NCBI GenBank assembly: GCA_963734495.1
Contig: CAVTHK010000001.1
Span: forward strand, 480,001-544,000
Reading direction: 5' to 3'
DNA length: 64,000 nucleotides
Source of the DNA: an uncultured Spirochaetota bacterium
GTDB lineage: Bacteria > Spirochaetota > Spirochaetia > SZUA-6 > CAVTHK01
The notes beneath the pieces were generated by a model. That model searched no databases and was not told where the DNA came from. It saw nothing but the letters and a program-made list of their open reading frames with translations. The position numbers and the translations under genes are program-made. This document shows positions 51,806-59,859 of this stretch, in pieces (the first letter of the stretch is position 1; every line of letters begins with the position of its first letter).

Positions 51806-52033
51806 TCTTCTGCGCTCAGGGCCTCGGGGGCCGAAGAAGGTCCTGAAAGGGTTCCCGAACGCCCCGCTGCGCGCGCCGCCGAGTGCAAATTTCGCAGTCT
51901 GCGTCCCGCAGTCGCACAAGCGGGCGCAGGCGTCGCTACGGAAACGTCGTGCGAACACCCCGCCTCCTACAGGAATGTAGGCTCACTCGTCGTGAGGCGG
52001 CCCTGTCCGCGAGCGGCGAGGGCCGGGCCCGGG

Positions 52034-52714
52034 TCACAGGCGGAAGCGCTCGTTCCGTTGCTTCAGGAGCCACTCGTACAGCTTCGGGTTGGCGTACGTC
52101 TTCGTCCACGAGTCGTGCGCCGCCTTCGGGTACACGGTGAACCTGACTCCGCTGCCGGCCTCGCGCAGGGCATCGACCAGCACCCGGGATTCGCGAATCG
52201 GAACCGTCCTGTCCTGAGCGCCGTGAAAGACCCAGATCGGCAGGTCCGCGAGCAACTTGACGCGCTCGGGGAAGCCCAGGGCGGGCGTCGCACGTCCGCA
52301 GACGGGGACGGCGGCGGCAAAGGCCCGCGGGTGCTCCGCGGCGAGGTGCCACGTCCCGGCCCCGCCCATGCTCAGCCCCGTGAGGTAGATGCGGCTGGTG
52401 TCGATCGCGTAGAGCGCGATCACTTCCTTGAGCAGAGCGCCGAGCGCTTCCATCTGGAAGATCCAGGCCGACCCGAGCGGACACTGCGGCGCCACGAGCA
52501 CGAAGGGGAAGTCGCGCCCCGCTTCCGCCAGCTTCGGCGGGCCGTGCTTCGCCACCAGCGACAGGTCGGCCCCCCGCTCGCCCATGCCGTGGAGGAACAC
52601 CATCAGCGGCCGTCCGCCGCGTGCCGTCCTCCGGGCCTTCGGCAGGTACACCAGGTAGTCGAGCTCGACCCGCTTGCGGACCGTAGCCTTGAATCGCGCT
52701 TGCGTCCCTCTCAC
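52034..52714 (-). CDS. Alpha/beta hydrolase (predicted peptidase/carboxylesterase)
   Basis: AGGAGG RBS and GTG start; FLHGMGERG, APQCP, GLSMGG, WVFHGAQD, HDSW. Confidence 0.9.
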   Translation of the reverse strand: MRGTQARFKATVRKRVELDYLVYLPKARRTARGGRPLMVFLHGMGERGADLSLVAKHGPPKLAEAGRDFPFVLVAPQCPLGSAWIFQMEALGALLKEVIALYAIDTSRIYLTGLSMGGAGTWHLAAEHPRAFAAAVPVCGRATPALGFPERVKLLADLPIWVFHGAQDRTVPIRESRVLVDALREAGSGVRFTVYPKAAHDSWTKTYANPKLYEWLLKQRNERFRL

Positions 52715-52724
52715 CGCCTGCCTC

Positions 52725-53162
52725 CTATGCGGATGCTCGCGGCGTTCTGCCGCGAAACAGGACCCGAACCCCGAGAGCGAGGCTCGCGACCGCGTTGGCA
52801 AGCAGCCACAGTCGGTCGTCGAGCGACGTGCCGTCGATGAGCGAACCGACGAACGGAAACTTGACCGGATGCGACTGAAAGGCGTCCAGGAAAAGGTGAA
52901 CAGTGAAGGCTGCCGCCCCGCCCGCCGCGACTCCCGCCGCCAGCGACGCGAGCCAGCGCGGGCGCCAGCGGCCGCGCGCGGCCCAGCACAGCAGCAGCGG
53001 CACGAGCGCCGAGTGAAACGCGAAGTAGCGGTGGTAGCCCGGCCCGAGCACGGCGATGTCGCGGTCCGGGAAGTCGCGAAGGACGAGCATCCCGATCCCG
53101 GCGCCGACGAGCGTCACAACCCACAGCGCGGGCGACCTGAGGGTCACGACTGGGTGCCTCAT
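52725..53162 (-). CDS. YdjM/YbcI-like membrane-bound metal-dependent hydrolase
   Basis: FPDRD...HRYFAFHS...HLFLD motif set. Confidence 0.6.
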   Translation of the reverse strand: MRHPVVTLRSPALWVVTLVGAGIGMLVLRDFPDRDIAVLGPGYHRYFAFHSALVPLLLCWAARGRWRPRWLASLAAGVAAGGAAAFTVHLFLDAFQSHPVKFPFVGSLIDGTSLDDRLWLLANAVASLALGVRVLFRGRTPRASA

Positions 53163-53695
53163 CGGTTCCCCTTCGCGACCCAGTCGACGGCGACTCCCGC
53201 CGCGTTCCGCAGCCGGTCCACCAGCTGCCCCGTGTGATGCTCCAGGTGCCGGAGGTTGTAGAGGTGCAGCTCCAGCTTGCTCAGCTTTAGCCAGAAGAAG
53301 CCGGAGGGGGCTTCGAGGTCGGCCGCGTCCACGCTGCGATCGAGCCCGGGCCCGAGCTCCTCGACGTAGGCGAGCAGCTCCTCTCTGGTGTAGGGCGTGC
53401 GCGGCCCCGGCAGGGTGTGCGGCGGCCACGGCGTCGACTCCTGGAACTGGTAGTCCTTCCGGTGCTTCGACCACGCCTTGAAAGACTTCTCGTCGGGCGA
53501 GGAGTACAGGTGCGTGTAGAAGAGCGCGTGGTAGGCGACGTGCCAGAAGGGGAACCTGAACTGCGGGTCGGTCCACAAGCCGTCGGGGCACTCGCGGATG
53601 GCGGCGGCGAGCTGCGACAGCGCCGCGTGGTACTGGCCCTTGATCGCGCCGCAGATCGCGCCGCAGATCGCGCTCGCTCCCTCGCCCGTCTCCAT
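53159..53695 (-). CDS. DinB family protein
   Basis: CPDGLW, FWHVAYHALFY, YNLRHLEHHTGQL. Confidence 0.88.
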   Translation of the reverse strand: METGEGASAICGAICGAIKGQYHAALSQLAAAIRECPDGLWTDPQFRFPFWHVAYHALFYTHLYSSPDEKSFKAWSKHRKDYQFQESTPWPPHTLPGPRTPYTREELLAYVEELGPGLDRSVDAADLEAPSGFFWLKLSKLELHLYNLRHLEHHTGQLVDRLRNAAGVAVDWVAKGNR

Positions 53696-53817
53696 GCCCC
53701 GCCCGGCCGGCCTGCACGGTGCCGCCCGCCGCCTTAGGAGATTAGGCCAACACGGGCCGTGGCGCAAGGCGCGCGCGTGCTGGAGCCGCCGCCCGACCGG
53801 GGGTAGACTCGCCCCCG

Positions 53818-54189
53818 ATGCAGGAGCTCCCGATCGGCGAGAGCGCGACTACCGACGGAGCCGGAGCGACACTGGTTCTGCCGCTACTGCGGCACGATCA
53901 TCACCTCCGACGCGCGAGCGCATCGAGCGCGACGGGGAGTTCAGGCACACGTTCGCCAACCCGGGCGGCTACGTCTTCGGAATCGGCTGCTTCGCGGACG
54001 CGCCGGGGTGCGTGGAGGCAGGCGACTACACCGCGCGAGCACACGTGGTTCGCGGGCTTCGAGTGGTGCTACGCCTTCTGCAGCGGATGCACGAGCCACC
54101 TCGGGTGGCGCTACCGCGGCGGCGAGGAGCGCGAGGAAGACGCCTTCTACGGCCTGATCCTCGACCGGCTCATCGCGCCGGACGCTTGA
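53818..54189 (+). CDS. Bacterial cereblon-like (CULT) protein; three compensating frameshifts
   Basis: Reading across frames: CRYC...HTFANPGGYVF.IGCF...EHTWFAGFEW...CSGCTSHLGWRY...FYGLILDRL. Confidence 0.88.
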   Translation: MQELPIGESATTDGAGATLVLPLLRHDHHLRRASASSATGSSGTRSPTRAATSSESAASRTRRGAWRQATTPREHTWFAGFEWCYAFCSGCTSHLGWRYRGGEEREEDAFYGLILDRLIAPDA

Positions 54190-54776
54190 GCGAGGCGGCC
54201 GTGCCGGGGCCCAGCGCGGCGTCGCGCACCTGCGCCTCGAGAGCCTCGAGCGTGCGCCTCGTTGACGATCATCACGTCGGCCATGGCGATGGGTCCGCCC
54301 TTCTCTATGCCTTCGATCTCGGCGTAGTCGCGCCGGCGCGCCTCGTCGGGGCGCAGGCGCCGGAGCGTGCGCGCGGGATCCGCTTCGGCTTCGGCCCGCT
54401 CGGCCAGGCGCGCATAGCGGATCGCAGGCGAAGCGTGGATCGCGATCACGGCGAACGTTTCGGGAAAGCGCTCCTTGAGGATCTTGTACTCGCTCCACGA
54501 GTACAGGCCGTCGATCACGACCGGGCCCGCGAGCCAGCTCCCGCTCGATGTCCGGCAGCAGCAGCCTCGGCGTACGCGCCCATGCCGTGCTCGCGCCGCA
54601 GCGCCTCGCGCATGCGCTTCTCGTTGTCCGGGGTGACCTCCCAGCCGTGCCTCGACGAGCCGGTCGATCGTGAGCTTGCCGAAGCGGATGTAGCCCCAGC
54701 CCTCGCGGCGCAGCACCTCGCAGGCGGCCGACTTGCCCGAGCCGGTCATGCCGACGACGGCGACGAGGCGGTTCAC
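54170..54776 (-). CDS. P-loop kinase resembling archaeal-type dephospho-CoA kinase; frameshifts
   Basis: VVGMTGSGKS, VIDGLYSWSEY, RYARL, RRDYAEI, GGPIAMAD...IVNE. Confidence 0.75.
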
Positions 54777-56130
54777 GAGCCGGCCCTCTCGGGGCCGGCC
54801 TCGGAGAGCCGGAAGACGAGCACGCGGGAGCCGCGCTTGCGGTCGTAGGTCCCCCGCCGCTCGGGCGGAAGGTCCTCGACGGTCCCCAGCGTAAAGCCGA
54901 GCTCGGCGAACCAGTCCCAGGTCTGCGTCGTCAGGGCGAACGCGCGGGTCAGGCCCATCTTGCGCGCCTTCTGCAGCAGGAACTGCACGACCTTGCGCCC
55001 GATGCCGAGGCTCACGTAGCTGTCGTCGACGGCGATCCCCGCGATCTCGGCCGCGTCCCCCGGAATACCGGTGCAGGGCGCCGCAGGCGTGCACGCGGCC
55101 GTCGACCTCGAACACGACGAAGTCGTCGAGCCGCTCCTCGAGCAGCTCGGCGCTGCGCTGCACGAGGATCCCCTTTTCCACCGCGGGCTGCATGATGCGC
55201 AGGACCTGCGGGATGTCCTCGAGCCTCATCGGCCGGATGCCCGGCGTGCTCGTCGGCGTAGATCATGGTGCCCGCGCCTTCGCTGGAAAAGATCTCCTTG
55301 AGCACGACGCCGTCGAGCCTCCCGTCGACGACGTGGACGCGGGGCACGCCCGACTCGCAGGCCTGGCAGGCGAGGCGCACGAGGTTGAGCGCGGCGGTCC
55401 TCGGCGCGGCCCGGGTTGAGCTCCAGGAGCTGCCGCGCCTGCTCGTGCGGTGAGCCTGCGGAAGGCAGCCGTCGCGCGCGGGCTCGATGTCGGCGGGCAG
55501 CCGGTAGTCGGCCGGCCGGGATGCCGGCCCGCGTCCACATGAAGAACAGCTTCTCGGCGAACAGCTCGCCGCGCGAGGCTGGCCGCCAGCTCGTCCGAGG
55601 AGATGTTGTACGGCCTGCCCGCCCGCGCTCCACCCGATGTTGGGGAAGATCGGGATCACGCCGTCGGCGAGCACGCTGCGCACGATGTCGCCCTTGATCC
55701 GGTCCACCAGGCCGCTCTCCTGGTAGTCCACGCCGTCGCGCACGCCGATGGCGCGCGCCCGCACCCAGTTGCCGATCACGCCGTCGACGCGGTTCTCGGC
55801 GAGCAGGGTCATGACGCGGTTGGAGACGTCAAAGGCCGCCATCTTGATAAAGGGGATCGCCTCCGCGCGTCGAGATGCGGATGCCGTTCGACGGTCTTCC
55901 ACTGGATCGCCGTACTTGGTGAGGATCTCGTCGATGCGGCTCTGGGCGCCGGGCACGATCGCGATGCGGATGCCGAGCCTGTGCAGCAGCGCGAGGTCGC
56001 TCACGAGCACCGCGAACAGCGGGTCCATGATGATCTCGGTGTCGATCTTGATGACGAAGAGCTTGCCGCGGAACTGGGAGATGTAGCCGAAGGCCTGGCG
56101 GATCAGCTCGACCTGCCCCGAGAGGGTCAT
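54773..56130 (-). CDS. argA: Amino-acid N-acetyltransferase (AAK + GNAT domains); several frameshifts
   Basis: YISQFRGKLFVIK, GNWVRAR, GVDYQESG, RVHVVDG, EIFSSEGAGTM, ACGALH, FALTTQTWDWF, RGSRV. Confidence 0.9.
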
Positions 56131-56136
56131 GCCCAG

Positions 56137-56165
56137 AGAGTAGCCGATCCGGCGCGGGGTGACAA
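56137..56165 (-). promoter_or_regulatory. Sigma70-type promoter for a leaderless argA transcript
   Basis: TTGTCA-N17-TACTCT, with ATG 6 nt downstream. Confidence 0.7.
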
Positions 56166-56311
56166 TTGCGCGCGGAGGTTGGGTAGAGGGGAAGCCTCGG
56201 CGCGACGGCGCCGATCGCGCCCGCGGCGAAGCCGCTCGAGCAGAGCGGCTGCGTCTTCGCCGTGGAACGCGATCGACGTTTCGGTCCCCGGTCGCCGGGG
56301 CGCGCGAGGCC

Positions 56312-57108
56312 CTACAGCTGCGTGTTCTGCACTACGTCCCACTGGCCGGCGACCGTCCCGCACGGACGACCCGTCGGACGCCGTAGACGGTAGTAGGTGA
56401 TCTTCACCTTTCCGAAGCTCAAGGTGACCTCTTCGACGAAGCTTCCGCGCCGGATGTGCCGGCGGGCTTGAAGGAGCTCAGGAACACGTCCTGAAGCTCG
56501 TATCTCAGCACGAGCCGGAACCGCTTCGCTTGACTGCCGGCCGATATCCACTGTCGCCTGCTGGATATGGGTGCCGCTGGCCGTGTCGATGAACAGCGTG
56601 GGCGAGGCCTTGTCCACGACCTTCAGGATCCTGAAGTCCTGGAAGGTGGCCTTGCCCGCGCCGCCGCCGCCGCCGCCGCCGCCGCTGGAGCCGGTCTGCG
56701 TGACCCCGAAGCTGTAGCCCAGGGTATCGATCCAGTTCGGATGACCCGCGTCGGTCGATTCACCGTCGATGCCCGTCGATCTGCGTAAAGATGGCGAACC
56801 CCGCGAGCACGGGCACGTCGCTCGCCGCTGTTCCGGCGAGCCCCTCCACGTTGACCGTCACGTCGCTCGGGGTGCCGGCGGGCCCCTGAGCGCCCTGCGG
56901 CCCGGCTGGGCCCTGCGCGCCGGCCGGCCCCTGCGGACCAGGGGTGAGCTGGATGGTCTGGAGGGACTGGGAGAGGGACTGGACTTGCGCCGTGAGCCTG
57001 TCCACCTGGGCCTTCAGGCCGTTGTCAGCGTTCTGCGCCCACGCGGACGCCGGCCAGCACCATGGTGAGCACGGCCGTGAACGAAAGGAACTTGAGGTAC
57101 TTCCGCAT
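56312..57108 (-). CDS. hcp: Fusion of signal peptide, coiled coil, collagen repeat and Hcp (T6SS tube) domain; several frameshifts
   Basis: GGAGG RBS; MRKYLKFLSFTAVLTMVLA/ASAWA; (G-X-Y)8; IDGIDGESTDAGHPNWI...YSFGV...GAGKATFQD...KVVDKASPTL...SGTHI...YELQDVFLSS...EEVTLSFGKVKITY...WDV. Confidence 0.85.
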
Positions 57109-57192
57109 GACACTTTCCTCCTGGCGCGTAAGTTCGAAAGGCCGACGGCGGAAGTCAAGAAGAACCGGCTGCCGTGTCAAGGCTGCCGCGAT

Positions 57193-57219
57193 GACGCGGG
57201 CGCGGGCGAACCGGTGACA
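57193..57219 (-). promoter_or_regulatory. ECF sigma-type promoter upstream of the Hcp-collagen gene
   Basis: TGTCACC-N16-CGTC. Confidence 0.55.
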
Positions 57220-57601
57220 ACGCGACGCGCTGCGGGCTCGAGGTCAGGCGGTTCACAACGCGCGGCTGATGAAGAGGTTGCCGAGGTGCGAGGAGCGGAA
57301 GGCCTGGCGGATCAGCTCGGGAAGCCGCGGCGCGGCGGCGTGGGCGCCGATTGCGCCCGCGGGGAAGTCGCAGTCATCGTCGGGAAGGATGCGTGACGTC
57401 CCCGTGGTACGCAACGGAGGCACCCGGAAGGATCGAATGTCCTATATCTCTTTGTTCGCCGCCAGGTCTGAGCGTTGCTTCCTCCTCGTTATGCTCTCCG
57501 GCAACGGCGACTGTCTGTCAAAAGCCGGATCTCGGACTTGCGCGCGGAGGCGCCGGCGCGCGCGCTTGCCGGCACGCGCCCCTTGTCCCTACACTCGCGT
57601 G

Positions 57602-58401
57602 GTGGCCGTGATCTACGTCGGAACCAGCGGCTACTCGTATTCGGACTGGGTCGGCCCCGTCTACCCGGCGGGGACGCGGCAGCGCGACTTTCTGGAGCTG
57701 TACGCGCGCGAGTTCGCCATGGTGGAGCTGAACTTCTCCTTCTACTCCCGGCCCAGGGCGGAACAGCTCGCGCGCATGGCGGACAGGGCGGGCGAGCGGA
57801 TGCTCTTCAGCGTCAAGGCGCACCAGTCCCTGACGCACGAGCGGCCGGAGGATCCCGGCGCCCGAGGCGGCCGCGCTGCGCGACGCAGTAGCGCCCGCTG
57901 GCGGAGCGGTCGAGGCTCGGCGCGGTTCTCGTGCAGTTTCCCTTCAGCTTTCACTACGACGTGCCCTCGCGGCGGTACCTCGACCGCCTCTGCCGCAGCC
58001 TCGAGGGGCTGCCGGCGGCGGTCGAGTTCCGCAACCGGGAGTGGCAGCGCGAGTCGGTGCTGCAGTCGCTCGCGGAGCGCAGCGTGGCGTTCGTGAACGT
58101 GGACCAGCCCGAGCTGCCGGAGCTGCTGGAGGCGAGCGAGGCGGCTACCGCGGACCTCGGCTACCTGCGCTTCCACGGCCGCAACAAGACGAACTGGTGG
58201 ACGGGGGACAACGCGACGCGCTACGACTACCTGTACTCGGACGGCGAGCTGGAAGGGTGGGTGGACCGGGTGCGGGCGATCCTGAGGCGGGCACGGACGT
58301 TGCTGATCGCCTTCAACAATCACTTCAGAGGTCAGGCTGTCCAGAACGCGCGGATGATGAAGGGCCTGCTGGCTCGAGACGGTATCGGGCCGGTCGCCTG
58401 A
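57602..58401 (+). CDS. DUF72 domain protein; frameshift near 57860-57895
   Basis: IYVGTSGYSYSDW, VELNFSFY, QFPFSF, AVEFRN, YLRFHGRN, RYDYLYS, FNNH; preceded by TTGCCG-N18-TACACT. Confidence 0.92.
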
Positions 58402-58457
58402 CGGCCGGCTCGCGGCGACTTGTCGAAGGCGTGGATGATGAATCTGATTGTCGGGTA

Positions 58458-58486
58458 TTGATTCCCGCGAGGGGCGTTATTATATT
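58458..58486 (+). promoter_or_regulatory. Sigma70-type promoter of the candidate sRNA
   Basis: TTGATT-N17-TATATT, with no SD-led ORF directly downstream. Confidence 0.75.
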
Positions 58487-58492
58487 CCGGTC

Positions 58493-58662
58493 AGCGCACA
58501 TGCTTCTGTCGGGGCCTCCCGGGTTTTCGACCTCCTTTTCCCCGGGAACCAACCTTGACAGGGGCGGCCCCCCGGGTTTTCGACCTCCTTTTCCCTGGGG
58601 GCTTTTTTTTGCCTTGCGGCCCCCGGGGATTCGACCTCCTTTTCCCCGGGGGCTTTCATTTT
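58493..58662 (+). ncRNA. Candidate trans-acting sRNA with three hairpins displaying an anti-Shine-Dalgarno loop
   Basis: Invariant TTCGACCTCCTTTTCCC at 58526, 58579 and 58630, each clamped by a C/G stem; T8 after hairpin 2 and TTTCATTTT after hairpin 3; upstream promoter. Confidence 0.7.
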
Positions 58663-58735
58663 CGCGCTGCCCGTGCCGCCCAGTGCCGCTCCCGGCCGGG
58701 TTGACATTCCGAGGGCAAAAAGCTTGACTTCTCGC

Positions 58736-59793
58736 ATGCTCTATGCGCTGGGCCAGCTGCTGGCGCCCGTCTACGGGCCGTTCCGGCTGCTGCGCTCCCA
58801 CCTGTTCCTGGCCGTGCTCGGCCTGATGGCCTGCTGGTACCTGTCCTGGAAGCTGCTGCCCCTTCTCGCCTGCCGGCTCCCGAGCGATCGCGGCAGGCAG
58901 TACGCCGTCGGCAGCGAGCACGCCAAGGGGAAGCCGACCGGCGCCGGTCTTCTCTTCGTCTCCATCTACCTGCTGGTCCTGCTTCTCGTCGTGCCGTGGG
59001 ACGCCAGCTACCTGGTGGTCATGGCGTGCATCTTCGTGGCGATGCTCTTCGGCTACTTCGACGACCGGGCGACTCACCCCTGGTCGGAGTACACCAAGGG
59101 TTTCATCGACCTCGTGCTGGCGCTGATCGCGGCCTCGGCGCTTTGGGTGTTCAAGTTCCACGAGGCGCCGGTGTGGCTGCCCCTGACAAAGAAGTTCTTC
59201 CACGTTCGGACCGGTGCCTTTCATCGCCGGCGCTTCCGCCCTGATCTGGCTCGTCGTCAACGCCGTCAACTGCACGGACGGCATCGACGGCCTGTCGGGC
59301 ACCCTGTCCGTCCTCGCGCTGCATCAGCCTGGGGGTCGTGCTGGCCTTCGTGGTCGGGCATGCGCTGTTCGCCGGATACTTCCTGGTGCCGCACTACCCC
59401 GACGGCGCGCGCTGGGCGATCATGGCGTTCGCGATGGTCGGCAGCCTCTTCGGCTATCTCTGGCACAACGCCTATCCCAGCGCGCTGCTGATGGGCGACG
59501 CGGGCTCGCGCGCCGTGGGCCTCCTCATCGGCATCCTCGTGATCGCGACGGGCAATCCCTTCGTCATCCTCACCGTCGCCACGGTGGTGCTGGTCAACGG
59601 CGGCACCGGCCTGATCAAGGTGGCGCTCCTGCGCTTCTTCCGCATCGGGATCTTCCACGACGTCCGCTTCCCGCTGCACGACCACTTCAGGGACAAGTGG
59701 GGGTGGAGCAACACGCAGGTGCTGCTGCGCTTCGCCATCGCGCAGACCCTGCTCACCATCGTCCTTCTGTCGGTCCTGGTGAAGATCAGATAA
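58736..59793 (+). CDS. mraY: Phospho-N-acetylmuramoyl-pentapeptide transferase; frameshifts near 59215 and 59325
   Basis: GPFRLL, KGKPTGAG, GYFDD, NAVNCTDGIDGL, YLWHNAYPS.LMGDAGS, PLHDHF. Confidence 0.9.
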
Positions 59794-59859
59794 TAGATTG
59801 AAGAAGTCCGCCGCCCGGCTTTCCGCACCCGGCGCCGGCGGTCCGTCTGTGAGCGCGTT

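Noticed and set aside
56660-56685. GCC trinucleotide run as a contingency repeat
   Set aside because: It encodes the Gly-rich loop normally found before the GK motif in Hcp proteins and is in frame
56312-57108. A type VI secretion locus
   Set aside because: No sheath, baseplate, VgrG, PAAR, ClpV or membrane-complex genes anywhere in the window; only the Hcp domain is present
57240-57540. Assignment to SRP RNA, RNase P, tmRNA, T-box, or SAM/lysine/cobalamin riboswitch
   Set aside because: The diagnostic motifs (SRP CAGG/GNRA/AGCAG, RNase P GAGGAAAGUCC, tRNA-like ends, T-box bulge) are not present in the right arrangement
58518-58653. Three spaced repeats as a mini CRISPR array
   Set aside because: The intervening sequences are only about 16-22 nt, one is mostly poly-T, the repeat flanks vary while keeping pairing, and there are no cas genes in the window
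58325-58737. Track ORFs crossing the repeat region (58480-58737 minus, 58041-58727 plus, 58325-59302 minus)
   Set aside because: They are low-complexity translations of the hairpins or shadows of neighbouring genes, with no RBS or family motifs
58493-59793. Type III toxin-antitoxin arrangement (RNA repeats, terminator, toxin)
   Set aside because: The downstream gene is clearly MraY, not a ToxN/CptN/TenpN-like nuclease, and the repeats are hairpins rather than contiguous tandem units
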